Assembly: GCF_018977255.1 (NCBI RefSeq)
Contig: NW_024704743.1
Coordinates: 50,036,001-50,100,000 of the forward strand
Reading direction: 5' to 3'
DNA: 64,000 nucleotides
Origin: Callorhinchus milii
Taxonomy: Eukaryota
Each line of letters starts with the position of its first letter. Positions within the stretch are counted from its first letter, which is position 1. The notes beneath the pieces were generated by a model. The model searched no databases. It saw only the letters and a list, made by a program, of their open reading frames with translations, and was not told the origin of the DNA. Below are positions 1 through 14,138 of the stretch, piece by piece. A program made the translations under genes and the position numbers.

Positions 1-240
1 GCTGGCGCGAGGCAATCAGGAGGGCCTCAGTCTTGTTCACATTCAACTGTAGGAAATTTGCCCTCATCCAGGACTTGATGTCCGACAGACAGTCTGTCAG
101 GACAGCAGTGGTCCTGGAGTTGAGGGTGGAGGCAGAGTTGGGTGTCATCCGCATAAATGTGGAAGTTGACCCCATGTCTGCGGATGATGTCACCAAGGAG
201 ATATTAAAGAGGAGACGGCCAAGGACAGAGCCCTGGGGGG
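1..240 (-). mobile_element. L2 LINE RT fragment
   Basis: PQGSVLG and FHIYADDTQL (YADD at 144-155) on the minus strand, frameshifted. Confidence 0.88.
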
Positions 241-1648
241 ACATACTCATCAAAATAGGCCCTATATTAGAATTCTGCCAAGAGTCATTCTGTTCTCTGT
301 GGGAACTTGCAGATGTCATAGCCACAAACAGGATAATTTCATCCTGTCTTTTAATTACTCATTAGACATTAATTTAAATTTCTGATGTGTAAACATTACA
401 GGAATATTATCTGTTCCAGCATATGCCAATTGCACATTTCCCATTTCAGTTCCTCCCCAAATTGCTCATTTCATTATAGATTTAAGATAAATGATAAACA
501 ACTTTACCAACAAATGTAAGCTACAATTTAAGCAGATTAGTAACCCTTAGTATGCCATTTCTTTGTCCAGACACAAACGGGTTATGGAAGTTGCTTCATC
601 GTTTGTTGCAAATTTATGTGTCAGAGTTAGAGTTCAAGCCTTTAAAGGATGGAAAATCAGCATTTGAAGCTTGCCTTCTGCTGGATACCAGAATCAAGCC
701 AATACGTAGAGTATAAACATAGCATTAGACACTGACTATGAAGCACGGTGATACAATGATTCGAAAACACCAGGAGGTGAATATATCCGCAAGCTTTTAT
801 TCTTCAGAGCAATCAAACATTACACATGGATCACAAAGATGAGATAGTAATGACACATCACTCACTTGTTTATTTATTACAAATTAAAGGAGAAGTATGT
901 TCTATTGAATTGATCCGATAATCCTAACTATTATCAAAGAATCATAGAATATTACAGCACAGAGCTACCCAGAGAGCTTTGGAAGAGCTACAACAACAAC
1001 AACAAAATTTTATTTATAGAGCGCTTTTCACATTGGGAGGACGTCCTAAAGCGCTACCCAATCAGTCCCACTCCCCTGCTCTTTCCCCATATCTTTGCAC
1101 ATTTTTCCTTTTCCTTTCCTATTATAGCAGGTGATAAAGATTTGCAGTGTTAATAGTGTTTTTTCAGTAATTCCACCCTATATTGCTTAAAATTTTACAA
1201 CCTTACATATGGAATTCAGAACTCCCTTCTATATCGCATCAGGGACAGAGGTTGAGGGCTTTATATTGCATTCCTTGTATCAATTAATACCAAGGAATGA
1301 AGCATCAGAAACTTCAAACTTAATTCTGGAGAGTATTAGGTGCAGGTTGGCAAGAGCCAGGGACTCCAGAGCCTGTGTTGGGGTACTGCTGAAGTCTAAC
1401 CAGCTCATACAGCTGAGCTGGCTATTGCTAGTCGTACTATTTCCTTCTCTCTCGTGTATACACCAAATTTCCTCTTAAATGCGTTAATGCTTTCTGCTTC
1501 AACCACAGCTTTTGAAATATAAACATTGAAATATAACTGATTCATTACAGTTTGGTAAATATTTCATGTATTTACAATGTTATTAAATTCCTGGGCCTGA
1601 GATTTCACTGCTCGCAAATTTTGGCGAGGATCTAGATATAAGGAATAT

Positions 1649-1910
1649 AATAATAATAATAATAATCCTTGCATTTGATATAGCGCTTTTCACGTCTTCT
1701 AGATGTCCCAAAGCGCTTCACAGAATATACTGTATCGTGAATTGACTGTATATTTGTGGGCGAACGCGGCAGCCAATTGCGCACAGCAGTGTCCCACAAA
1801 CAGTCATAGATTGAAAATGACCAATTTATTATTGTTTTTTGTTTTGGAGGGATTATTATTAGGCGTGTGGAGTAAGGAAACTTGCCCAAGGTTTCGCCCT
1901 GCCTGGAATA
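1649..1910 (-). mobile_element. SINE, same family, 5'-truncated
   Basis: Body and (TTA)n tail match. Confidence 0.9.
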
Positions 1911-2151
1911 TGGAGCATTGGCTCAAATATATTATTTAATATTATTCTCATGAAACTGTGAACCCCCGAAAACTTAAAGCAAAAAGTGCTTTGAAAATAA
2001 AAAAAAGTCACTGTTCAGTTTTCTCCCCAAGAGCAATCACACAGTAGCATTAGCCGGTACTTAGAAATCAGAAATATTCACACACAACTTATTTCCTGTA
2101 TGTTCCCATGACTACAATCCACAATATATAATACATGCATATATATATATC

Positions 2152-2452
2152 GGGTCAAAATCTTACGCAAGTTTGCTTACTCCACACACCTCTGTTTACC
2201 AAGCAGTAAATAGGAACCCAGTTTTTAGTCAATTGGCAGATCGCTTTCCAGAGGTAATAATCCTCCCCCCCAAAAAAGAATTTGGGCACTCAATCCATGA
2301 CTGTTTTGTGGGACACTGCTGTGTGCAATTGGCTGTCACACTTTGCCCATAAATATACACAGTCAATTCACTTTACAGTATATTCTGTGAAGCGTTGTGC
2401 GACATCTCGAAGACTTGATAACGCGCTATATCAAATGCAAGGATTATTATTA
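2152..2452 (+). mobile_element. SINE, longer subfamily
   Basis: Extra internal segment ctgtttacc..gcagtaa.taggaaccca. Confidence 0.85.
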
Positions 2453-2989
2453 CTGTCAGTGCAGTATTTAATCCAAGTATTATTGTTGTTATATATGAAA
2501 ATGACCTTTAAAATTCCATCCTTGTGAGCACTCATGTTATGATACTGTACAGGATTTTTACACTAGAGGGGTCATCAAAAATATATCAATATGATAATTT
2601 CAGTGTATGTTTAGTATATTACTAACTGCCTATTTTTTGTTACGTAATTATGTATATAATACAATTCAAACATAACAGGAAATTTAAGTTAAATGATTGC
2701 TTTCAAGCAAAATGCTGTTACATAGCAATTTGCTGTTTACATTTCGATACTTTTAACCCTGATCTTTCCAGGATAAATGAAATTAAGTAGAATCTGAACT
2801 CATGTATAAGAAAATGTATATTTGTATTAAGATCATCGGTTTCCAGTTTCTGACCTTGGGTTTCAAAAGTGTAATGTAAATTTTTGTTGTCATATGGAAA
2901 TAAGCTTTTCTGTAATTTCATGGTACACATTTTACACTGTTCATATAAATTTTAGGCATAATTCTGCAAATAATCCATAAAGGTAAATA

Positions 2990-3152
2990 ATAAGAATAAT
3001 CCTTGCCTTTGATATAGCGCCTTATCACGTCTTTGAGACGACTCAAAGCGCTTCACGAAATATACTGTAAAGTGAATTGACTGTGGATTTTGTGAGTAAA
3101 ACGTGGCAGCCAATTGTGCACAGCAGTGTCCCACAAACAGTCGTGGATTGAA
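2990..3152 (-). mobile_element. SINE 3' half
   Basis: Matches the family tail. Confidence 0.85.
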
Positions 3153-3357
3153 CATAAGAAAAAAAGACTATGATCGCCTTCCACCTTCCTGGCAGTCGCA
3201 TGTCCCAAACTACTTAGGTACTATATCCCATAATGTTATTTCCTAAAAGAATAAGAACATTAGAAAATTGATTGAGAAACCAAATTATTATTAATTTTTT
3301 TAAGGGATTATTATATGAATGTTAAATTTTGTATAAATGTCATGCATTTTAAAACAG

Positions 3358-3612
3358 TTAACCCTCCGAGCAGAGGCAGCGGGTGGTGGAGTGATGAGTA
3401 AGCAGATTGGATAGGTAGGGGTGTGAGAGGGCATGAAGACATTTGAAAACGAGTGAGAGGATCTTGAAATTGATCCGTTCGGTGATTGGGAGCCAGTGGA
3501 GCTTGGTAAAGACTGGTGTGAGGGGAATACAGAGTTTTGTGCAGATGAATATGTGGACTGCGGAGTTTTGGATAAAGTTAAACACTGGTGGGAATGATAG
3601 CCTTGCTTAGCA
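3358..3612 (-). mobile_element. L2 LINE ORF2 C-terminal fragment
   Basis: IQNSA...LHWLPITERINFKIL...PYLSNLL. Confidence 0.85.
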
Positions 3613-3649
3613 CTGGATTGCTTAGCACTAAAAACAACTCCAAAATCCT

Positions 3650-3975
3650 GTTCTCCACTACCCACCACCTCCTCCACGCCGCTTCACAATCAACCAGTCC
3701 CTCTCCTCAGGCTCTGCCCCACTTCCCCTCAAACCGCTGTCATCATTCTGCTTCTTAAAAAAGCCTACCCTCGATTCCTCCAACCTAACAAACTGCAGAA
3801 TCATCTCAAACCTGCACTTCCTGGCCAAAGTTTTGGAACACATCGTTGCAAATCAACTTCAATCATACCTTTCGCTCACTCAAACCCAAATCTACTTTTC
3901 CTCCTCCAGCTGCGACTCCCAGTCCACTGATGTCCTGTCAGCTTGTTTGATGGACATCAAAGCCTGGATGACTGA
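3650..3975 (+). mobile_element. L2 LINE RT fragment
   Basis: KKPTLD...ISNLHFLAKVLEHIVANQL...DIKAWM. Confidence 0.8.
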
Positions 3976-6900
3976 GACATATGCATTGTTCCACCACACA
4001 GTTACATATTCATAGCCAGTGTTAGTATTTAACATATCATCACTATGTCAGCATTAACCTGCAAAGACAGAACCCCCAATTTTTTGTTGCAAAGTACAGT
4101 ATGTGTAGAAATGGTTGGTTGCAGGAAAATTCCTAAACACACAGGAGGCAAAAAAAGACTTAAATGTTGATTTTGGTTTCCAGTTGAAAGAAAAGATTAA
4201 AAAGATTTATCTTATAGATGAGTGTTGCCAAAAATAATATTTCAGCGATAATCCTGAGATTCCTGCAGGAAGTCAGTGTGCTTTCTGTTCCTTTTACCAG
4301 GATTTCCTTACTTTGTTTTCATCTTTTAAGTGTCATTTTATAGTTTTTCAATGATTCCATTGGCACCAAATGTCTCACTCTCCATCACTGGATTAGCAGA
4401 CTTTGTACATTTCAAATCCTAGAGGAATTATTAATGTATTGTATTTATCATAGGAAGTGCCTCTCCTTCATTGCTAACTTTTCACTATGACTAATGAGAA
4501 CAGCCGTTCACACACTCAGGACTGAGGAGTTTTTTGGTGCTAATGCAATTGTATTAATTAATTAGAAAAGTTCATTAAACAGCCTTTATAATCATTTATT
4601 ACAAATAGAGGCATTCCATGCATTTCATTAAACTGTAATATACTTGCTATTGGAGAGTCCTGCAGCTTCTTAAAGTAGTTCATAATTTATTCAGTTACCA
4701 GAATCTTTTATTGTAAATTCTCATTCTATTCTTTCATCTGAATTTTCTTTTTTATTTTACTGATGTATGTTCCAATCGTCTGCATTCATGCTTGCCTGCT
4801 TATCCTGGGGTATATTTATTTGGAAACATAATTTTTACTCTGTGCAGCATATATTCTATTGGGAAGGGCAGTATTTTTGGTGCATGTCACAATATAAAAT
4901 CCTTGTGAGCTCAAAGGCTATTCAATCAGATCAGCCGACTAGGATCTGCTGGTCAGCGATCTCAAAGTTTCACATCCCTGACTTGGAGTTTTGCAAAAAA
5001 TACATCAGTTTTAACATAGACAGAGAAGTCTCAGAGGGGACCATATAGAAATGTTTGGAATCTGCTTTCAACAAACACCAGTTAACCCCGGACATAAATC
5101 GAATGGAACGCCCCAATTTATCTGTATGCTTAGCTGTTTTAAATATGCCTGTTAATTTGGACAAAAATCCGGTTGATCTGGGCAAAATTCTATTCTGGTT
5201 GCCTCTGAATATACTCAATCAAGTATGGTTGAGGCCGGGACAGTGAACTCATCTAAACGGAGCTTGATGCAGTGATAGAGGGACAGTAGGGTAGGTACTC
5301 CGGAAGGATGAGATCAGATGGGTCAAAGGGCCTTCTTAATCCGAACCTCTCGTGATTTTGTGAAAACATTCAGGTTTTAAATACCATATACGGCTGAAGC
5401 TCACCAGAGACTGTTTAGTATTTTGTGGATCAAAGACTTAATAAAACAAATACCCATTTGAAGTGCTGGGTTAGAGATCAAAGAAAGCTTTATAGATTTG
5501 AGGAGTGAACCTTCCTCAATAGACGATAAACTCGGTTGTTTGAAAAGTCAGACTGTTCCTGGGAACTGGGCGACTCACGTCATTCACAATTTAATTTCAT
5601 TCCCCAGTTTTGGACTGTTCGGATTCTTTCAAAGTCTTTTTTAAAAAATCTCTCCTTCATATCATTGTTTTCACTTGTGTCCTAGTTATTTCCGGTTTTG
5701 TAACACTGTATTTAAACAGTGTTCTGCTCATGAATTGATTTAGTTTCATTGGCAAGAGTCTGTGTCAAGAGTGTAATTCTTCTGCTGATTGAATTGAGAC
5801 TGGAAGTTTGCAGAAGACTGCGACCCAGTTGGATAGTTTGTGGCATTTCATAACGATTTACTTTTGTTAATTAACTCTAGTGCCTTAAATCTTGTTAAAG
5901 GCCTTGCTACGTGGTTATATTTCCCAAAAAATTCATAATCACTTCACAGCTGTTTGTGGGACATTGCAGTGCACAAATTGGCTGTTGTGTTTACCTACAA
6001 AAGAGCTACTACACTTTACAGTAAAATCCTGTGAAGCATTTTGAGATGTCTCAACGATATGATAATGTGCTATATCAAATAAAGGATTATTTTTGTATTA
6101 TTATGAGAAATGCTATCTACCTGTATCAATTGTGGGATGCATTAATTTAAGGATGGTTCCTGAAAATTATTACAAAATTGATCAAGACTGGCAAACTTCA
6201 TTCCACTCAGCTCTGTTAGCAGCCATTATAAAGAGAGGCTTTCATCTTGTACCATTAGAGAAGGAGACTTTGATCTCATGTATTTAGGTTTGATTTGAGG
6301 CTGCCCAAAAGATTAAACAAATGTTCAAACAGAGCACTCCCCCAGTTCTCCTGGTTATTTTTTGATTTGGTTCTGTACTGCAAGGATTCATCTGTGCTTC
6401 CCACAGTAATGTACAAATTTTTTTGTACAAAAGGCAGGAAAACAGCAATTTTCCAAGAAACGCCGAGCAAAACAATGCAATGAAAACCAAAACGATCTGC
6501 ACGAAAGCTACAATCACTCGAAGAGTAGGAAGAATGAGAGATTGAACATTTACCTGCAGGAAAAATGATTCTCAGGCAGTTAAATGTCACTGAGAAAGAC
6601 CTTCGGTGGTGCTGCAATCCACATTTTCACAAGCCTCCATGTAAAGAAATATTTCCTGACCTCAATTCTACCAGCTTTGTTCTAATTTTAAGATTATGTG
6701 TCTTGTTTTAGACCCATCTACCAGAGGCAATCATGGTTTACCTGTTCTCTGGTTACGATTTAGGCTCAGAACAGATCACGTCAATTTCCCACACTTTGGT
6801 CTAATGGTGAATAAACAGAGCATCTCAAATCGCAAGTCAAGCTTGTAGCACTAGCCATCAATGTTTAGGGCCTTCAGGAGTGCAAAGTGTCTCATTGAGA

Positions 6901-9094
6901 AGCTGGAATCTTTATTCGGGTAACATTTCTCTGAGCTTCTGAACTAAATTTGATACTTCTTCAAAGATAAAAAAAAACTGAAATATGTCACTATCTTGTT
7001 ATGTTTCTGTGGTGCTGTGGCGCCAAAACAAAAGGGAAGTATTATGTTGGAATTAATCATTACAAGATATTCATTTTACAAGTTATTCTTGTCTACTCGC
7101 TTGCCTACTCAGACTGATGAGAATGAGTTCAGGAACATTACACTAAGTTTCTATCGAGAAAATGTCTTCAGGATTCAAATGTAATTCATTTCACTTGATG
7201 AGGCTTGGTTAATAAATGCTACAACTTAGTCTTGTCTATTGATATCCAAGTTAATTTTTTTCGAGTGGAAGACCAAATCCAAGTCAACTCTCTGTGATGG
7301 TCTCGGGATTCTAGTTCCTGAGCCAGGCAGGCGGGCGGTACATCAGGGCACTGCTGCTAATGGTCAGAAGGGAGAAAGTGCAGTATTTCATTCCTGACAG
7401 AAATCATGTGCATGTGGAACACTCATTCGTTTAATTTGGAGACACATAAGCATACTGATGGGGGTTCCATGTGTGTCGAATGAATGCCTAACCAAAGAAA
7501 ATGTGTGCTTGTTACAGTTGTCTCATACTGCACTATTTTTATACAACTTAATAGGCAAAAAAGTAAGAGAGACAATTCAGGATAAGCAGCGTAGGAAACT
7601 CTAGGGTCATGATGAGGAGTTAGTAGAAATCACGAAATGAAAATTACCAAGAATCAGCAAACAGATCAGATAACTAGCCTAATGCGACTGAGTAATTGCT
7701 AATTGAATGAGGTATTTAAATACATCACAGAAGATGGAATAATGTTTTAACAGTTCATTTCTGTCTCAATGCAGTTGCAAATTTCAACAAGCACCTTAAG
7801 AAAGCATTTGTTTAGAAGGCTGATCTTTGAAATGTAGTTGCAATATTTCAGTAAAAGTGATGCCCTAGTTTCATCTGTCCAGAAGTGCAAATCAATCAAT
7901 CACAAACAGACCCTGGGGTCTATCTTACAGTGATCACTAAAAACAACAATCTGTTCACTACTTTTTTATAAGAATCCCCATTCTAAAAATACAACAAACA
8001 GGCAGAAAACCATAAGATAAATCTCTTTAAGATTAGAAAAACATTATTGTTAAATCTTGGAGGAATGATATTCACTTGAGTATTAAAAGTGCATATGAGC
8101 TTCCCCAATGGACTAACAAGGTTTGCCAATGAGTAGCTGAGTCAAACACTCCACATTCCACACACTTACTACTATTACTACTGATAATAATCCTTGCACT
8201 TGATATAGCCCTTTCACATCGGAAAAGCTTCACAAAGCGTTTACAGAATTTACTGAAAAGTGTCATGACTGTGTACTATTTGTAGGCAAACATGGCAGCA
8301 GTGTTTGAAAAGCAGTCTTATCAAAAATCTTTATATAACCCAAGTTATTTGCGCTCCAAATACCCCAAACCATATAGAATTATGAAACAGAATTAATCCC
8401 TTCCAACTGTGAATGCTTTGTAAATCCCCAAATTCAAACGTATTAGTGTGAATTAATGAGAAATTGCGAAACTGTTTTTCATTAACTCTTCACGTTCATT
8501 CATAGTTATATTTGTAACATCAAATAGATTATTTCTCATCATATTTTGCAATACAATATACATATTTACAATACAAATTTATTTTATATTGTGCCTTTCA
8601 CATTGAGAGGACGCCCCAAAGCGCTTAACGCTTCACATTGAGAGGACGTCCCAAAGCACTTAACACTCTGTATGTCTGAACCTGAATTGTGGGTGGGAGC
8701 TGAGATAGATGGGAAAGGGAAAGAAGACCGAAAGCACGGTGAACGAATGAGGTGAGGGAGGGAGCGAGTCGGAGAGTGAGGCAGAAAGGCTGTAGGAGAC
8801 ATGCAGCAGGCTATTGCTCACTGAGTGAATTTTACAAGTGTTTTAAATTAACATTAATACACATAAACCCGTCTCCACACAGGAATTTCATTTGTGATAA
8901 CTCAAGCCCTTTCGATTAACAGCAAACTTCTCCATGTAAACTCTATGTTCCAGGTTGAGTTTAACACTGGTTTTACTCATCATTTCTATCACAAAGCATG
9001 CAACTTTCCAAAACTGGCAAAAAATAATGGTCATACACTGAGCCAATAGAAAACTGTGCCCGCACTTTTCCCGAGAAATCCCTACAAACACATG

Positions 9095-9388
9095 TATGTA
9101 CGTGTCTGTGTGTGTGTTTCTTCTATGTGTGTGTGTTTATGAGTGTCTCTGTGAATGTGTATGTGTGTCTCTCTGTGTGTGTCTCTTTGTGTCTGTGAGT
9201 GTGTGTGTCTCACTCTCTGTGTCTTTGAGTGTGTGTATCTTTCTCTGTGTCTGTGAGTGTGTGTGTCTCTTTCTCTATCTGTCTGTGTGTGTATCTCTTT
9301 CTCTATCTGTGGAGTGTGTGTATCTCTCTCTGTGTCTGTGAGTGTGTATGCCTCTTTCTCTGTCTGTGAGTGTATGTGTGTCTCTCTC
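9095..9388. repeat. Degenerate (TG)/(TC) microsatellite
   Basis: Directly visible. Confidence 0.9.
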
Positions 9389-9578
9389 CTTGGGTCTCAG
9401 TATCTGGTGCCGAGCTCTGAGAGGCAGGAGGTGATGAGCTCCTGCAGCCCTGATGGTGTCCCCTCCCTCCCTCCACACAAAAAAAGGCCAATTAAGAAAG
9501 AAGCATTCATATTTTTTTGCAACAATTTAATATGTGTTATTTCCTCATTCTTCTTTTTTATCAATAAAGTGAAAAAAT

Positions 9579-9896
9579 GGAGTCCTGTAGCTCAGTGGTT
9601 AGAGCACTCGCTTTGCAAGTGAGAGACCTGAGTTCAATTCCAGGCACAGGGCGAAACCTTGGGCAAGTTTCCTTACTCCACACAGAGCCGAATAATAATC
9701 CCTCCAAAAAAAAACAACAATAAAATTGGTCATTTTCAATCCATGACTGTTTGTGGGACATTGCTGTGCGCAATTGGCTGCCGCGTTCGGCCACAAATTT
9801 ACAGTCAATTCACTTTACAGTGTGTTCTGTGAAGCGCTTTGGGATGTCCTTCCGACGTGAAAAGCGCTATATCAAATGCAAGGATTATTATTATTA
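9579..9896 (+). mobile_element. Full-length tRNA(Ala)-derived SINE
   Basis: A box TAGCTCAGTGG, TGC anticodon loop, B box GTTCAATTCC, L2-like 3' stem-loop and (TTA)n tail. Confidence 0.93.
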
Positions 9897-10317
9897 AAAT
9901 GTAGGTTGTTCGTAAAATATACCTCAATAGCACCAATCAATTACCCACAAATTTCTGCAAAATTTGTCAAAAATTTCCCCCCAATTTTCAGCAAATATTT
10001 CTGCACTTTTCTATTGGCCCAGGTCATAAGCTGTGAAGTATAGAGTCAACATGCATTTACGCTACATGTGCAATGTATGTCCTTAAATATATAACCAGAA
10101 ATAAGGTGTTCAAGAGTTGTTGCAATTCCTGAAAGCTGCTTATTTTGTGTTATTAAAAATGGAAATAAGTGGTCCATAGAATTGTGCAAAAGGTACTGAA
10201 AAATCAAGGGCTTACCAAGTGATTGCAGTCTCTCAATTGATTACTGTAGGAAGAGCAGCAGCTAAAAATTGAAAAGATAGCAAGCTATAAATAGTGATGC
10301 ATTATATGTGATTTCAA

Positions 10318-10920
10318 CAACAATAACAAGATTACATTTGCATAGCGCCTTTCACGTCGGGAGGGAGCAGGTGGTGGGTTTGAGTTTGCGGACAGTTGTG
10401 GTGAGGGTGGAGGAAGAGATAGGGTTGAAGGGGTATAGGGGGGGATGGGTGGGGGGTGGGTCATGAGGGAGAGGTGATGTGGGGGTGGCTGTGTACGGGG
10501 CTGAGGTGGCTGAACGTATCCCCTCAATTTAAATTCGAGTAAGTCCAGCATTTCCTCACCGTTGGAGTTTGAGGAGAGGATGGGCGAGGTATGGGAAGGT
10601 GGACGGAGAAGACGGTTAGTGGTGGAAAAGAGAAGCCTGGGGTTGTCCTTTGCCTCCAAGATAACCTTGGAGTAGAAGGAGGATTGGCGGAGGCAAGAGC
10701 ACAGCAGTAGGTCGTGGTGTGGTGTGGTCGATGGACGGTTAGTTTGGATTTGGTCCAGGCGCATTCGGCAGCTCGCACTTGTGCCTTGAGGGAACGGAGA
10801 TGGCTGGTGTACCAGGGGGATATACAGGAGTATAAGGCAGTTCAGGAGGTGAGGAGGGCAAGGGAATCCAGAATGGAGGACAGGGAATTGCGGAGAAAGG
10901 AGAGTGAGGAGATTTCATTT
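10318..10920 (-). mobile_element. L2 LINE fragments (linker region plus 3' tail)
   Basis: RAAECAWTKSKL, KDNPRLLFSTTNRLL; (TTG)n-type tail with stem-loop. Confidence 0.75.
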
Positions 10921-10934
10921 TTGGAGCCCTTTGT

Positions 10935-11252
10935 GGAGTCCTGTAGCTCAGTGTTAGAGCACTCGCTTTGCAAGCGAGAGACCTGAGTTCAGTTCCAGGC
11001 AGGGCGAAACCTTGGGCAAGTTTCCTTACTCCACACACCTAATAATAATCCCTCAAAAAACAAACAATAACAAATTGGTCATTTTTAATCTACGACTGTT
11101 TGTCAGACATTGCTGTGCGCAATTGGTTGCCGCGTTCGCCCACAAATATACAGTCAATTCACTTTACAGTGTGTTCTGTGAAGCGCTTTGGGACGTCCTC
11201 CCGATGTGAAAAGCGTTATATCAAATGCAAGGATTATTATTATTATTATTAT
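10935..11252 (+). mobile_element. Full-length tRNA(Ala)-derived SINE
   Basis: Highly similar to 9579-9896. Confidence 0.93.
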
Positions 11253-12359
11253 AAAGGAGCTGACTATTTTCCTCCTAGTTTAACTAAACCCTCTTAATCC
11301 AAAGATAATGCTGGAGTTGTCATCCAGCATTTTACAGAATCCATTTTACAGCAACTTTATGAATCGCTTTCCTTTTAGACACTATATAATTTCCTGGGGT
11401 ACCACTGCACATTCATGATGAGATAGTTTAATTTCTCAGAATGTGGATTTGAAAGATGCAGTCCTAACAATCTTAACGAAATACCAACAAAGTAAAATTG
11501 ATTTTATTAGGGCATGATCCCACCATGGATCAGTTAGCTACTCTGAGGGCAATCAAGCTGCAAGTGCTGCACTCAACTCGTCCAATACAATACAAATTTA
11601 CATTTATATAGCGCCTCTCACATCAGAAGGATGTCCCAAAGTAGCAAGTCACTGTTCAATGTGAGAAAAACATGTCAAAGATTGAGTTGCTGCAGCTAAA
11701 TCGATCTGCATAAATCTACATCTTGATTTGTATGAAAAACTAGGCTTTTGAACTGGTATTTGGGAAGGGTTTTTCTCAATGCTCCTCTCTCCTCCAAAAA
11801 AAACAGTTGGACCTAGGAACTCAGACACAAAGGGAAATCACACATTTTAAAATATCTTTTAAAAATATAATCACAATAGGCAGATTAGGACATTGAAGAA
11901 AATGTAATGATAATAATGGATAATAAAAATATTAAAATGTGAAAAGAATGGGGAACGGGAAGTAATGTGCAAAAGTAGTCAACTGAGATTTGGATTCCGT
12001 GTCCACTTTACTTATGTAGTTTCCCCATTTCACCCACAAATACACAGACAACTTTACAGTGTATCCTGTGAAGACCTTGAAGATGTCTCAATTACTTGAT
12101 AAGGTGCTATAACAAATGCAAGAATTAATATTATAGTTTCATATTAATGTCGATAAAGTTCCTGTGACATTTATGTAGCTCAATTGCTGCAAAATTAGTG
12201 TTACTTCACCATTAGTTTGCAGTGAGCCATTAAAAATGGTAACTTCCCAGGACCTGCTAACTGTCTTGAAGATATATATTATTAAAATCCCGTTGTTCAA
12301 AAATAGTACGGGCATCAAAAACTAAAGTTCTGTGATTTTGATTATGTGCTATTAATAAT

Positions 12360-12660
12360 AATACTTACATTTTATATACAGGTAGTTCCTTTCACATCTG
12401 GAGGATGTCTCCAAGTGCTTCACAGGATTTATTGTAAAGCAGAGTTACTGTATTACAGTGGGAAAATGTGGCTGTCAATTTGCATACTGCAATGTCTCAC
12501 AAACCAGCATGAAGCAAATGGCTAATTTTATTTGGGGTTTTGTTGGCCAGGAGACCGGGGGAAACTCCCTTTCATTGTGAATAGTACCACTGCACCTTTA
12601 ATGTCCACCTGAACAAGCAGACTGGATCTTGGTTTAACATCTCATCCGAAGGACAAGTAT
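12360..12660 (-). mobile_element. Deu-domain SINE fragment
   Basis: Reverse complement of the same core. Confidence 0.65.
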
Positions 12661-13454
12661 TGAGTTCCTTTGAAGCCAATGCACCATAACTGTGTGTATT
12701 TCAATTTTTTAAAAATTTGATGTACTCCACCAAAACATCCTTCTAGGAAAAAAAACATTATCTTTAAAAGGCAGCAATTAGTAGATTGGATCCCATCAAT
12801 CATAAAGCACATTGGTGAGGCTGCCAAACCTGCTTACATCCAAATCGAGGAAATTAATTCGATGTAATATATTTTCTCAAAGGAAAGCTGACTCAAATAT
12901 TTTTAATAAGTTCACAGTTTGGCTTGGCTATTGCTGAGATAATGTATTTTATGTAAAAGAATAATATTTTGGGGGAGGGCTCTTATTTTGATGGGAGCAA
13001 CTATTGTCAAATATGATCTGTAACATCATTTTAGAAAGGAATCGTCACCATCTACCTGAAGAACAAACAAACGAGACCCCGATTAAATTTTAACTAATGG
13101 GTTCCATCAGCGAGACAATGAGCTGAAATCCAGGAGAGGCTCTTGAACCATTACACTTCTAACCCCATGAAGAGAGTACCACCAAGTGAGTCAAGCTGAT
13201 ACCTTAATCTATAAATGTTCTCATCTTAAAAGTAATTTATTTTGTGTTATGGTAGTATAACCCATTGCAACATTGTATATTTTGTTTTGGTCAGTCAGGT
13301 GCCTGACAAGTTCAGAAATCCATCCCAATCTTTAAGTGTATCCAAACCATACTGAGAGTTCCACGTATACTTACACTGATTTGAAAACAACAACAAATTA
13401 TATATGTATGTATCGCCTTTCACGTCGGGAGGACATCCCAAAGCACTGGAAAAT

Positions 13455-13850
13455 TCCCTGTGTCTGGAACAGAATGCACACTCTTTCCTGGAAGGATCCA
13501 TCCTATTTATCTAATTCCAGAGAGTGTTTGGCACATATTGGTGAGAGCAATGGTTTGGGGATTACAGAATGTGTATTGGAGTACCGCTGGAGTTACCCAG
13601 CTAAAACTGCACAGCTTGCCATGGAAAGCATTGTCTGGCAAGCTTTCCACAGATGGCCACTCTACCCTTTAGGGCTTTCATTTGCAGGGCTAACATGAGC
13701 TGAATGTGAAGAATCCCTGCTACCAGTGACCAGTCTCCCCCTCCAAATCCTGCCAACAAGCCAACCTGACTGGGGTGTCATTAGCAGTACCCTGGAGTAC
13801 TGTGGACCTGTCTAGTTCAGGAACTGAAATACCAAGACCGTAACAGAGGG
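13455..13850 (+). mobile_element. Old interspersed repeat, possibly Tx1/L1-like ORF2 C-terminus
   Basis: Homologous pieces at ~1325-1425, 7290-7365, 23290-23495, 33215-33260 and 34510-34675; LHSLPWKALSGKLST resembles the zf-RVT W-x4-LpT motif. Confidence 0.5.
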
Positions 13851-14138
13851 ATGACTCAATTCTGAATTCTGTTGGTAAGCACGGTACCTTGGAGAATGCT
13901 CAGCTCCAAGGAAACCCAGCTTACCTTCTCCAAATGAGGATCGTCACTTGTTGGTCAGCTAGTGTATTGAGTTACTAGCCTCAGCAAGGCCATCAGGAGA
14001 CACCAAACACAGGTTGTGCCATCCCAGTTCAGTTCTTTCAGCTCCTCCCAGTGAAAGCAAGGAGGTGACAATACGTGGAGGAAAGGAACAAACATCTACA
14101 ATTACCGTAAAAAAAAGCTGAATATTTTTGTAATAATC

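Noticed and set aside
6276..6617. 113-aa ORF overlapping the candidate TM exon
   Set aside because: Non-ATG start, no phase-compatible open upstream exon found, no recognisable domain
7113..7140. Other CTGATGA motifs as hammerheads (also ~30660)
   Set aside because: No GAAA after the stem and no stem I/III
9579..9650. tRNA-Ala(TGC) gene
   Set aside because: Head of a SINE that continues into a shared body and tail in many copies; no proper acceptor stem or terminator
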